Origin: the human T2T-CHM13v2.0 reference genome, Homo sapiens
Reading direction: 5' to 3' (one strand)
Assembly: GCF_009914755.1 (NCBI RefSeq)
Contig: NC_060943.1
DNA: 64,000 nucleotides
Part shown: piece after piece, positions 1 to 16,835 of the stretch
Layout of the letters: every line of letters begins with the position of its first letter
Numbering within the stretch: position 1 is the first letter of the stretch
Notes under the pieces: generated by a model
Database searches by the model: none
What the model was told of the DNA's origin: nothing
What the model saw: the letters and a program-made list of their open reading frames with translations, nothing else
Program-made: the position numbers and the translations under genes

Positions 1-63
1 TTTTTCTTGGGACTTGCCGAAGGTGTCTGTGGGTGTGCAACTCCATTTCAAATAGTTTAGGAA

Positions 64-423
<360 letters not shown>

Positions 424-1240
424 TTACAAAACACAATCACAATTTTAAAATCAGGAATATGGCTGTTGGCCAGGTGCAGTGGCTCAGGTGTAATCCCAGC
501 ACTTTGGGAGGCTGAGGCTGGTGGATCGCTTGAGTCCGGGAGTTCGGGACCAGCCTGGGCAACATGGCGAAACTCTATCTCTACCAAAAATACAAAAATT
601 AGCCAGCCTTATAACCCGGTCTCAAAATAAATAAATAAATAGATAGATAGCTACAAACTTAAAAATAAAAAAAGAAAAGGAATATGGTTGTTCACACGAC
701 TATTAACTTTTCTGTTTAAAAATTTTTATAATAAAAAGTTAAAAAGTATATTGAGGACCTACACATTGAAGTAAGCAGCCATGATGTATGTAAGCTAACT
801 TCAAATGGGTCAGAAAAAAAACATTGTGTGTCTGTGAACAGAGGACGGTAGGTGTACTGGTGTCCTTTCAATTTTTCTGTAAGTTTAAGATCATTTCCAG
901 ATAAAAAGTTAAGCTGGACTCAATGGCTCATACCTGTTGCCCCAGCTATTTGAGGGGCTAAAGTGAGGGGATTCCTTGAGCCCAGGGGTTCAAGGGTACA
1001 ATGAGCTATGATCAGGCCACTGCACTCCAGCCTGGGTGACAGAGCGAGACCTTGTCTCTATGTTTGTTTTTTTTTTAATGAAAAAAAAAATCCTGGCACA
1101 CCTAAGACTTCAATATTTAGAAAACAATCTAAACAAAAAAAAATGAGAAAAAAGAAAGCAAATTAAATCAATTTTACAGGTTTGTCTTTTTCATGGAAGC
1201 AAAACTTAACCAGTTAAATTGGTTTTTAAGACATGGGAGA

Positions 1241-1566
1241 GTCTGGACGTGGTGGCTTATACCTGTAATCTCAGCACTTTGGAAGGCTGAGGTGGGAGGA
1301 CTGCTTGAGGCCAGGAGTTCAACATCAGCCTGGCCAACATGGCAAAACCTTGTCTCTACCAAAAATACAAAAATTAGCAGGGCATGGTGGCAGGCGCCGG
1401 TAATCCCAGCTACTCAGGAGGCTGGGGCAGGAGAATCACTGTGGGCCACGATCTTGGTCCCAGGCACCATGAACCCGGGAGGTGGAGTGGCGGTTGCAGT
1501 GAGCTGATACCACGCCACTGCACTCCAGCCTGGGCAATGGAGTCAGACTTCATCTCAAAGAAAAAA
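1241..1566 (+). mobile_element. Alu SINE carrying a ~29-bp non-Alu internal insertion
   Basis: Dimeric Alu. TSD AAGACATGGGAGA at 1228-1240 and 1567-1579. Extra sequence at 1441-1469. Confidence 0.92.
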
Positions 1567-2662
1567 AGACATGGGAGAAAAAAACAAAACTAAAATTAAC
1601 AGCAGACCATTCCAATCTGCGAACAAAAGTAAGACCTTGTCTCTACAAAAATATCAAAAAATTAGCCAGGTGTGGTGGTGCATGCCTGTAGTCCCAGCCG
1701 CTTGGGAGGCTGCAGTGGGGAGGATCACTTGAACCCAGACTGAGGCTGCAGTGAGCCATGGTTGCACCACTGCACTCCAGCCTGGGTGACAGAAAGTCTC
1801 AAAAAAAAAAAAAAAAGTGAACCATTCTGAAATCGCAAGTTTACTCGTGTATTACTTTTCCATTTCAAAGCTTGAGGAAAAAAGCCATAAATGATTTTGC
1901 TTCCTACCCTCCAACTAGGTCTGGCCTCCAGGCCTCTTTGCTTGCTTTGTCCTCTGCCTGGAGTGTAATTACAATCATCAGGCAGCCCTCCCTCATGCCA
2001 CTTCCCTTTCCAGGGAGGCAATTTGTGTCATGAAACACACTTGAGGTCAGGAGTTCGAGACTAGCCTGGCCAACATGGCGAAACCCTGTCTCTACTAAAA
2101 ATACAAAAATTAGCTGGGCATGGTGGTGCACACCTGTAGTCCCAGCTACCTGGGAGGCAGAGGCAGGAGAATCACTTGAGGCAGGAGAACCACCTCCGGG
2201 AGGCGGAGGTTGCAGGGAGCCAAGATCACGCCACTGCACTCCAGCCTGGGCATCAGAGCAAGACTCTATCTCAAACAAACCTCAAAATAACTATAAATAA
2301 ATAAATAAATAAATAAATGATTATACAGGGCAACTATTTGCTTAATGTCTGTGTCCCCATAATCGGGAGCTCTGTGAGGGCAGAGACCTAGTGTCTATCC
2401 ACAGCTCTATCACTTCCTCTGGGAGGCCTACCCTGACCTCTCTCAGCCTAAGTCGGACGCCTCCTCTGGGCTCCCATAGTCCTGTAGTTTCTCCCATTGT
2501 GGCCCTATCCCCTCTGCCTGCCTCCCCCATCCCAGCTCCGATGATCTGGATGTCAGTTTGATCATGGATCTGTTTACCACCTCTCTCTGTGAGCCTTGTG
2601 TGAGCAGGGCCCAGGGCTGTACAGGTCACCACTGTGTCCCCAGCATCACCCAGTAAGGTTCA

Positions 2663-3248
<586 letters not shown>

Positions 3249-3264
3249 CTAGAAGCCACCATGA

Positions 3265-3492
<228 letters not shown>

Positions 3493-3683
3493 TAATTTTG
3501 CAATCTTTTGTAGAGAAGGGGTTTTGCCATGTTGCCCAGGCTGGTCTTGAACTCCTGGGCTCAGGTGATCTGCCTGCCTCAGCCTCCCCATGAGCCACTG
3601 CGCCGTGGCCTTCAAACATTTTTGCTGGCATACCTACAGTTGATGCTTAGTATTGGGCTGATTATTAAAATAGACCATACCTT

Positions 3684-3983
3684 GGCCAGGCATGGTGGCT
3701 CACGCCTGTAATCTCAACACTTTGGGAGGCTGAGGCGGGCAGATCACCTGAGGTCAGGAGTTTGAGACCAGCCTGGACAACATGATGAAACCCCATTGCC
3801 ACTAAAAATACAAAATTAGCCAGGCATGGTGGCACATACCTGTAATCCCAAGTACTTGGGAAGCTGAGGCAAAAGAATCACTTGACCCGACAGGCGGAGG
3901 TTGCAGTGAGCAGAGATTGCACCAGTGCACTCCAGCCTGGATGACAAAGCGAGACTCTATCTCAAAAAAAAAAAAAAAAAAAA
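3684..3983 (+). mobile_element. Full-length AluS-type element
   Basis: Complete dimer with poly(A). TSD AGACCATACCTT at 3672-3683 and 3984-3995. Confidence 0.93.
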
Positions 3984-4014
3984 AGACCATACCTTCATGA
4001 TAATTCATAAATAA

Positions 4015-4516
<502 letters not shown>

Positions 4517-4864
4517 TAAAGGGTTAATGCAGGCATTGCACTGGTCTCTGTCTCCCATCCATGGTCCTGGAAGAAACTGAGGTTCTGAGGGGGACATGGG
4601 TTGCCTACAGACTGACCAGTGCTGGGATTGGTCCCAGCCCCTGCTGCCCAGCCTTACTGCTGGGAAGCCCAGCCCTCCTTTAGTGGTCATTAAAGATTTT
4701 TAATATTGTCTTAGTATGTTCCTTCCCAAAATAATTTTGGATAATTTTGTTTCTCTTCAACACACACACACATACACACACATTTTAAAGTTCACAACTA
4801 ACATATTTCTTCCTTTGTTTTAAACATTGGCAAAGGATGTTAACATTTGGGTATACTGTAATAG

Positions 4865-4866
<2 letters not shown>

Positions 4867-4924
<58 letters not shown>
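4867..4924. repeat. (AT)29 perfect microsatellite
   Basis: Uninterrupted AT dinucleotide run at the tail of an antisense Alu fragment. Confidence 0.97.
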
Positions 4925-4927
<3 letters not shown>

Positions 4928-5460
4928 GAGACAGGGTCTTGCTCTGTTGCCCAGGCTGGAGTGCAGGGGCGCCAATCATAGCTCACTGTAACCTCAAATT
5001 CCTGGGCTGATGCCTATTATAATCCCAGTGCTTTGGGAGGCCAAGACAGGAAGATTGTTTGAGGCCAGGAGTTTGAGACCAGACTGGGCAACATAGTGAA
5101 ACCCCGTCTCTGCAAAAAAAATAAAAAAAATCTAGCCAGGTGTGCTGGCGCAACCTGTAGTCTCAGCTACTCAGGTGGCTGAGGCTGTAGTGAGCTATGA
5201 TTGTACCACTGCACTCCAGCCTGGGCTACAGAACAAGACTCTGTCTCCAAAATAAATAAATAAATTAAATTAAATTAAATTAAATTAAATTAACAAAAAG
5301 TTTAGGCTACTACCTGTCACAGAAATAAGAGTTACCTGGTGCTGGGCGCGATGGCTCACGCCTGTAATCCCAGCACTTTGGGAGGCCAAGGCAGGTGGAT
5401 CACCTGAGGTTGGAAGTCCAAGACCAGCCTGACCAACACAGGGAAACCCCGCCTCTACTA

Positions 5461-5619
<159 letters not shown>

Positions 5620-6931
5620 TCAAACAAAACAAAACAAAACAAAACAAAACAAACAACAACAACAACAATAAACATAAAAAACCAAAAAACCCAAAAAGAC
5701 ACAATAAAAAAATTAAAAAAAGAGATGGGGTTTTGCATGTTGGCCAGGCTGGTCTCGAACTCCTGGACTCAAGTAATCTGCCTGGCATGGCCTCCCAAAG
5801 TGCTGGGATTACAGGCATGAGCTACCGAGCGTGGCCTATTACACCTTGTAACCATTTTGCAACTTTATCTCCTGGCCTGATCCAGGCCTACGTCTCCTTC
5901 CTGGTCCCTTTCCTGGGTCCTCCCTGGGCTCCTGGACCCAGTCCTGCCCTCTCCAATCCATATTCCACACAGCAGCCAGACAGAGTTCTCCACAGTAATA
6001 TTTAAGTGCCTCTCTGCTCAGTTGCCTCCCGCAAGCCTGAAATGCCCTGTGATAAAACCCATGCTCCTCATGCCAGCCTTCCAGGCCCCTCGGGATCTGG
6101 CTTCTCCTCTCCAGGCTCTGCTGAAGCCTCTGCCCTCTTCACCCACAGCACATTTTTTTTTTTTTTTTCTGAGACGGAGTCTCGCTCTGTTGCCCAGTCT
6201 GGAGTGCAGTGGTGCAGTCTCGGCTCACTGCAACCTCCGTCTCATGGGTTCAAGCGATTCTCCTGCCTCAGCCTCCTGAGTAGCTGTGATTACAGGCGCC
6301 TGCCACCATGCCTGGCTAATTTTTTTGTATTTTTAGTAGAGATGGGGTTTCACGATGTTAGCCAGGCTGGTCTCGAACTCCTGACTGTGTGATCCACCTG
6401 CCTCAGCCCCCCAAAGTGTTGGGATTACAGGCATGAGCCACTGCACCCGGCCCCAACTGCTCTTCTTTCAGTTCCTCAAATGCATGGTGCTGCTTCCTGC
6501 CTCCTGGACTTTGCACGTGCTGTGCCCTCTGCCTGGAACACCCTTTACCCTCTTTACCCGGTCCCCCCAGTAACTTGTACTTCCTCTGTCACAGCCCTCT
6601 TTATGCTGACCTGCAGCAAACCAAGCACCCTGTGGGTCCAGGGACTGTGTCATGTTTTCTGCCATCTCCCTGAACCTTTGTAAACACAAAAGCACAGGCA
6701 TTACTGCCCCAGGGACCTTGATCCAAACTCCAGCTCTGCCACTTACCAGCTGAGGAACCTCATGCAACCTCTTCCGTGATTGGACCTCAGCTTCCTCATC
6801 TCTGAAGTGAGGATCACAGCACCAGCCTCCCCGTGCTATGTGACCACCTTTCATAGGGGAATGACACAAGATCTGTGCTGCCCTCACACATGGGGGAGCA
6901 GCAGGGGCTTGCATGGGCCAATATGGGCATT

Positions 6932-7231
<300 letters not shown>

Positions 7232-7263
7232 TCTTTTTAAGCTTTTTAAAAATCTCAGCCATT

Positions 7264-7572
7264 GGCCGGGCGTGGTGGCTCACGCCTGTAATCCCAGCAC
7301 TTTGGGAGGCTGAGGCGGGCGGATCATGAGGTCAGGAGATGGAGACCATCCTGGTTAACATGGTGAAACCCCATCTCTACTAAAAATACAAAAAAAATTA
7401 GCTGGGCATGGTGGCAGGCGCCTGTAGTCCCAGCTACTTGGGAGGCTGAAGCAGGAGAATGGCTGAACTCGGGAGGCGGAGCTTGCAGTGAGCTAAGATT
7501 GTGCCACTGCACTCCAGCCTGGGCGGCAGAGTGAGACTCTTGTCTCAAAAAAAAAAAAAAAAAAAAAAAAAA
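7264..7572 (+). mobile_element. Full-length AluY-like element
   Basis: GGCCGGGCGTGGTGGCTCACGCC start, AluY-type GAGACCATCCTGG and GGCGGAGCTTGCAG, long poly(A). Confidence 0.88.
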
Positions 7573-8175
7573 TCAGCCATCAATACAAAAAATTTCATTG
7601 CCTAACCTGGTGTACACAAACGCATACATATATAATTAAAATGAGTTTCACAAAACTAATACTTAACATGTGATACATTTTGATACTATGTCATCATTTG
7701 TTACCCTATATTGTTGATACACGTTGTGACCATATGTTTCAGATCTCATTGTAACTCACAGTTTGAGAAGCATCAGGTTGCAACAACCCTGCAAGGTAGG
7801 TATCATTATCCTGTCCACATTGATGGGGAAACTGAGGCAATTTTAGGCAACCGGGCAGGATCACACAGCTAGTAGGTAGAGAAGGTTGAATTTTTACCTA
7901 AGTAAGTCTGATCCAGAGACTGCAAAATTCAATGCTAGTCTAAGTACTTCCTATATAAGATCTCATTTAATTATCCCAAGAGCCCTAGGGCAAGTACTAC
8001 CAGTTTTGTCATGATCTTACACATATCTAGGTACACAGATGACAAGGCATTTGGTCACAAAGGCTGTAAGCCGCAGAGCTGGTGACTTGAATGTGGGCAG
8101 GCTGGCACCAGAGTTCATGCCTGTTAAGACTCTTGGCCCTACAGAACCATTGTGAACTCCAGTTAATCCAAGCCC

Positions 8176-8283
8176 CTTCTCCCTCCCTCCCTCCCTCCCT
8201 CCCTCCTTCCCTCCCTTCTTTCCTTCCCTCCCTCCCTCCCTCCATCCCTCCCTCCTTTTCTTCCTTCCTTCTTTCCTTTCATC
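8176..8283. repeat. (CCCT/CCTT)n polypyrimidine simple repeat
   Basis: About 105 bp of near-pure pyrimidines on the + strand. Confidence 0.92.
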
Positions 8284-9169
8284 TTGCTGTGTCACCCAGG
8301 CTGGAGTGCAGTGGTGCAGTGATGCAATCTTAGCTCACTGCAACCTCCCAGGTTCAAGCGATTCTTGTGCCTCAGCCTCCCAAGTACCTGGAATTACAGG
8401 CACGTACCACTGTGCCCAGCTAATTTTTTTTTTTTTGAGACAGAGTTTCACTCTTGTCGCCCAGGCTGGAATGCAGTGGCGTAATCTCGGCTCACCACAA
8501 CCTCTGCCTCCCGGATTCAAGCTATTCTCCTGCCTCAGTCTGCCGAGTAACTGCGATTACAGGCACCAGCCACCATGCCCGGCTAATTTTTCGTATTTTT
8601 AGTAGAGACGGGGTTTCACTATATTGGCCAGGCTGGTCTCGAACTCCTGACCTCGTGATCCACCTGCCTCAGCCTCCCAAAGTGCTGAGATTACAGGCGT
8701 GAGCCACCGCACCCAGCCTCTTTTTCTTTCTTTTTATGTATTTTTTTAAATTTTAGAGACAGGGTCTCACCCTGTCACCCAGGCTGGAGTGCAGTGGTGC
8801 AAACACAGCTCACTGTAGCCTTGAACTCCTGAGCTCAAGCAATCCTCCCACCTGAGCCTTCTGAGTAGCTGGGACTACAGGCATGCATCACCACGCCCAG
8901 CTAATTTATTTTTTTTTTGTATTTTTGTAGAGATGGGGTCTTGCTACGTTGCCCAGGCTAGTCTCAAACTCCTGGCCTCAAGCCATCCTCCCGCCTTGGC
9001 CTCCCAAAGTGCTGGGATTATAGGCATGATCCACCGTGCCTGGCCAGCCCTTCCCTTTGCTGAGGGGGACAGCAAAGCTGAGAGCTGGGAAGAGATTTTT
9101 CAGAGCCACAGCTCTGAAGCTCCCTAGGCTCCAGTTCTTAACCCTCTGAGTGCAGTCCCAGCTATGACC

Positions 9170-9290
9170 AGCAGGGTGGGCGAGTGGAATTCGGTGGAAT
9201 TAGTGGATTTCCAGGTGACTCAGCGCCTCTCAACTTCTCTCTCTTACTTCCTTCTCCATTACTCCCGAATAAATGCTTATCAGCAAACTG
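9170..9290. promoter_or_regulatory. Candidate intronic enhancer in BLVRB intron 1 (KLF CACCC-type box, NF-E2/ARE, GATA)
   Basis: AGGGTGGGCG at ~9173-9182, GTGACTCAGC at 9215-9224, TTATCA (=TGATAA) at 9277-9282, all in non-Alu sequence. Confidence 0.5.
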
Positions 9291-10211
9291 GTTTTTACTG
9301 AGAGGCCCACAGCTCCCCATTCTCCACAAGTCAAGATCCTCACGTGGTCTCCCTGGGGAAGGGGAGAGTTATGGACCTAGAGAAGAACTTTCAGAGTCCC
9401 TCCAAGGGAGACAGCAGAGTGGGGTCCTGTTGGCCTCCACCCTTTTGGGGCACGCAGATAGTCAATATCTTCAGCGTCCCCAAGGCCTGCAAGGGTGGGG
9501 CCCCATATCTGGAAGTCCCAGGCCCAGCTGGGAGTTGGTCAAGTCTGGGCTGTGGGGGCAGGGAGTGCTGGGGGATGGTTATCCCCTTTTCTGCCCTCTC
9601 TCCTGGGGCAACTCCAAATTTTCAGCCCTCATTGACTTTCCCAGGACTGCTGTCCCCAAGTCTTCACTCATGTCTCTCTGTGACTCCTTCCCATTAGGTA
9701 CTCGCAGCAACCTGACCCCCCAACTTTTTCAGTTTCCAGCCTGGGGACTTGTGGTGGTTAAGAGCATGAGCTGAGTTCAAATCCCAGTCCTGTCAGTTAA
9801 CAGCTGTGTGATATTGGGCAAGTCACTCTCTGGGTCTCAGTTTTCTCATCTGTCAAGTAGGGTGATACTAGTTCCCACCCCATTTTGAAAGCTCTCATGT
9901 GAAGAGACGACAGAGCAAGCTTGGCTTAGTAAATCCTCTCTGGGAGTGCGAACAACCACCACCACAACCACAATAATGACAACCGCATTGCATAAGAGCC
10001 CTGGACTTACACACGACTGTGCCAGTGGAGTCCTCCCGGGGCTCCCGGGGCCAATTCCTCTCTGGCTTGGACTCACATAAACTTGGATCTCACATCTTTC
10101 CCCATTTCTGCCCCCGTGGCCACTTGCTTTGGCCCCTGAGTCCTCATACACCTGGCTGGGGCGCTCATGGCCCCAATCAGCCTCGGCCCGACCCCATGGT
10201 GCCCCTTCCTA

Positions 10212-10367
<156 letters not shown>

Positions 10368-11759
10368 TCAGAGTCTCGGCACGCGCGGGAACCCACTGGC
10401 TGCTGGGCGGTGCTCTCTGCCCTACTCAAGCCAGGAACAACGGGGCGGAGCTGGCTCGAAGGGCCACGCCTCAGACTCTCCGCCCGCGGCTCAGGTCAAG
10501 GGGCGGGGCCTAACGCGGATGGGCGGGGCAGGCGTCAGCTTGCATTCGCTCACCGTCCAGCACCGCCCTCTCTGCGCGCCACTTAGACTGGAAGGCGGGG
10601 CCACAGAAGGCCACGCCTCCACATAGCAACAAATAGAGTGGACGGAGCCGAGATAACTTGTCACTCAGCGCCCTGCCTCCGCGCTCCACCTCCCGGAGAG
10701 GGGCGGGGCCAGGCGAGCCTCACCCACGGCCTCTCGTAGCTCACGCCCCCTCTCCCGGAGCCTGGAGCGGATCTGGGGCGCACTCTAAGCCCCAGGGCCT
10801 CCCAGAACCAGCAAGGGGAGAAAGTTAGGAGGACAGAGTGTGTGTGTGCACTTGGATGTAAGACACTGTGTCACGGCGTACCTATGCACTTATATGACCC
10901 TGTGTGACTCAGTGACCCGGAGGGCAAGCAGGACTGTGGGTGACACCTTGTGTCATCCTCTGAGTGTGATCCCGTGTTACAGTGTGACTACACGTGCGTG
11001 ACACCACGTGTGGCAGGCATTGATTCTGTTCTTTTGTGACCTTGTGGTGACACCGTGGGTGACACTGCGTCAGCCTGTACGATAGGGTGTGGGACGTGTG
11101 AGGTGTGCTACATGGAAGCGTGAGACTAATTAGACTGTGACAGTGTGTGACACCACATGTCTCGTGTAAGGATGTGTGACACCGGGACCCCATTCGAGTG
11201 TGTGGCTGTGGGTGTCTGTGTTGAGCTGCTCATTGTGACCCCCTGTGACTATGATGTGTGAGGTGCGGCGGTGCAGCATGTGCGGGGCGACTGCTATGAA
11301 GGTTCGAGTGTGTAGAGTGTGTGACACTGTGGCTGTGAAGCTGTGCGTGATGTGTGGGCCTATGACACTGTTTGTGACTGCCGGGGAGTGTGCGGCTGTG
11401 TGTGACAGGTGCATTTGTGTGTGACGCCGCGTGGGCGGTGGTTACCCTATTGGATTTGTGTGGTGGTGGGTGACACCGTTCCAGTGTGGACGCCGCGTGT
11501 GACGGCGTGAGGGTGTGACCCCGTGAGACCCCACAGGAGGGAGTGACGGCGCGCAAGCGCGTGGATGCGGGGGTGAGTTTGTGCGCCGAGGCCCCCGCGA
11601 GTATGGCAGCGTGGCGAGCGTGACCCCGTGGGAGTGTGCAGCGCGTGACGCCGCCGTGCCCTCGCGAGTGCAGCCGTGCACCCCACGCCGCGGCCGGGTG
11701 TGACTGCGCGTGGGCCTCGGGCGGCGGGGCGCGGGGACCGCGGGCGGGAGGGGGTCCCG

Positions 11760-11957
11760 GGGGCGCGCTGAGCGCGGCGGCGGCGCGAGAGAGGGAGGCG
11801 CGGCGGCGCATGCGGATCTGGCTGAGCCGCGGGCCGGCGGGGCCGAGCTGAGCCGGGCTGGGCCGGGCCGGGCCGGGCCGGGCAGCGGACGCCGACAGGG
11901 AGGGCGGTCGGTCGCGGCGAGCAGCGGAGACAGCGACGCTGGCGGCCGCGGGCCCAG
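11760..11957 (+). other. SPTBN4: SPTBN4 non-coding exon 1 (5' end approximate)
   Basis: GC-rich segment inside the CpG island ending in a consensus donor CAG|gtgagc. The TSS cannot be fixed from sequence. Confidence 0.75.
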
Positions 11958-12748
11958 GTGAGCTGCTAGGGGGGCCGACAGCCCCTCCCCCAAGTATGTC
12001 CCCACCTGGCGAGCATCCCTCCTCCGCGCGCACGGGGCATGGCTGGAGCCCCGGGTCTCCCCGGCTGGAGGGAGGCAAAGGGTCGAGGGCAGGACGAGCC
12101 CACAACCCCCCCACCCGGTCTAGCTTCCGCGCCACGCGTGGGTCTTACCCCCAGGCCTTGTCCTTCCCAGGCCCCCTCCTTGGGCGCAGTGTCTGGACCG
12201 CAGGGAGAGAGGCGCGGCCTGGGAAGGGTTAAAGCCTCTGATGCCACCGCAGCCCAGCGCCCCACCAGCCTTTGCGGGGGGGGGGGGGTGTTGGGGGGAG
12301 GCTCGCAGGACACCCCTTCCCGGCTTCCCTATTACCTGCTCCCTTCCTTCCCATTCAATCGCGTTATGGCCAGAGCTGATCCTCGGCCTGGCCAGAGGGC
12401 TAACAGGAGTGCTAAGGGCCTCCCCATCTCTAAGTGTCTTCCACTGAAGAAAACAGCTGTAACCACCGTTTAACAGGGAGGGAAACTGAGGCACAGAAAG
12501 GCCAAGTTAAAGATACTCGGTTAAAGATACAGCAAGAATAAAGCGGAACTTGAACTCATTTCTGTCTGACTCCAGAAGAGGCAAATCGATTTGCTGAGAT
12601 GTGTGAGGAAAAGATGAAGAATAATAGCAAGGAACATGTATCAAGGGCTTGCAGTGTACCAGATACCATGATCCCTGCATTAATAACTTACCTCTTCAAA
12701 CACCGCTAAGAAACGGGTACGATTATCATTACTTTTTTTTTTTTTTGA

Positions 12749-13047
<299 letters not shown>

Positions 13048-13050
13048 TGA

Positions 13051-13350
<300 letters not shown>

Positions 13351-13973
13351 TGAACAAACTAAGGCCCAAAGAGTGGAAGTATTTCAGCCAAGGTCACACA
13401 GGTGGTAGGTAGCTGTGTGCTCACTTTCACTTTTCCATGGAAGGAGGGAAGAACAAAAATGGATTTGGGACTGGGCACAGTGGCTCACATGTGTAACCCC
13501 AGCACTTTGGGAAGTTGAAGTGGGCAAATAGCTTGAGCCCAGATGTTTGAGACCAGCCTGAGCAACATAGTGAGACCCCCTCTCTACAAAAAATACAAAA
13601 ATTACCTGGTCATGGTGGAGCTTGCCTCTAGTCCCATCTACTCAGGAGGCTGAGGTGGGAGGATCGCGTGAGCACAAGAGTTGGAGGCTACAGGGAGCTA
13701 TGATTGTGTCACTGCACTCTAGCCTGGGTGATAGAGCAATACCTTGTCTCAGAAAAAAAAAAAAGATTTCAATGTGTCCCCCTAAGGGACAATTTCCACT
13801 CTACTCACTCTACTGACCAAGACTTAGACCCTGCCTTCCTAGAATTCAGTGGGTTGGCAATTGTCTGGGTCTTTTGAGGACATTGATCTCCCAACTTCCT
13901 CCTTTGTTAGTCTTTTTTTTTTCCTTTTTCTTTTGAGAAGGAGTCTTACTCTGTCGCCCAGGCTAGAGTTTAG

Positions 13974-14135
<162 letters not shown>

Positions 14136-14422
14136 TGAACTCCTGACCTCGTGATCCACCCGCCTCAGACTCCCAAAGTGCTAGGATTACAGGTGTGAGC
14201 CACCACGCCCAGCCGTTAGTCTTAGAATCAGGCCTGGGGGCCCAGAAGGTAAAGGAGATACATCTAATGTCACTTAACCCTTTAAATTTCTTCTCTTTTT
14301 TTTTGTTTTTTTTGAGATGGAGTCTCACTCTCTCACCCAGGCTAGAGTGCAGTGGTGCGATCTCGGCTCACTGCGACCTCCGCCTCCTGGGTTCAAGCAA
14401 TTCTCCTGTCTCAGCCTCCTGA

Positions 14423-14974
<552 letters not shown>

Positions 14975-15419
14975 TGAGATGGTGTCTCGCCCTGTTGCCC
15001 AAGCCGGAGTGCAGTGGTGCCATCTTGGCTCACTGCAACCTCTGCCTTCCCAGGTTCAAGCGATTCTCCTGCCTCAGCCTCCTGAGTAGCTGGGATTGCA
15101 GGCATGCACTACCATGCCCAGCTCATTTTTGTATTTTTAGTAGAGATGGGGTTTCACCATGTTGGCCGGGCTGGTCTTGAACTCCTGACCTCAAGCGATC
15201 TGCCTGCCTTGGCCTCCCAAAGTGCTGGGATTACAGGTATGAGCCACTGTGCCTGCCCCCTCCACTTTAAATTTTTCTTCTTCTTCTTCTTCTTTTTTTC
15301 TTGAGAATGAGTCTTACTCTGTCGTCCAGGATAGAGTGCAGTGGCACAATCTCAGCTCATTGCAACCTGCGCCTCCTGGGTTCAAACGATTCTCCTCCCT
15401 CAGCCTCCTGAGTAGCTGA

Positions 15420-15725
<306 letters not shown>

Positions 15726-16517
15726 TGAATACCTGGGATTACAAGTGTGTGACACCACGCCCAGCTAATTTTTGTATTTTTAGAGACAGGGTTTCACCAT
15801 GTTGGCCAGGCCGGTCTTGAACTCCTGACCTCAGGTGATCTACCCATCTCAGCCCCAAAAAGTGCTGGGATTACATGCATGAGCCACCGCGCCTGGCCCT
15901 ATCATCTATGTTTGAATCCTAGATACTAACTGGCTGTGTAACCTTGGAAAAATAGATCAACTCCTCTGTGCCTCAGTTTCCTCCTCTGTAAAATAGGTGT
16001 AATAATAGCCAACTGTTAGGGAATTAAATTTGTGGAAATAATAAGAGAAGGTACATGAAGTACTGACCACAGTGCAAGTGTTCAATATGTTCATTATTGT
16101 TATTACTGCATTACAGAACTCTATTGTTCTAATAATAACAGTGACAATTTGCTGAGCCCTTAATATGTGCCAGGGGCTAAGCCATGTGTTTTATCACATC
16201 CTGTGAAGTGGTGAGGGTGAACATTATTATTATTATTATTTAGAAATAGGGTATCGCCATATTGCCCAGTTTGGAGTGCAGTGTCACTATTATAGATCAC
16301 TGTAGCCTTGGCTTCTTGGGCTCAAGCCATCTTCCTGCCTCAGCCTCCTAAATAGCTGGGACTACGGGTGGCAACCACCACATTTGGCTAATTTTTAAAT
16401 TTTTTTAAAAGACAGTTTCTGGCTCTGCTGCCCAGGCTGGAGTGCAGTGGCGCTATCTTGGCTCACTGCAACCTCCACTTCACAGGCTCAAGCCATCCTC
16501 ACACCTCAGCCTCCTGA

Positions 16518-16835
<318 letters not shown>

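Noticed and set aside
11230-12135. 301-aa minus-strand ORF across the promoter
   Set aside because: Stop-poor by-product of GC-rich and CA-rich composition; low complexity with no recognisable domain.
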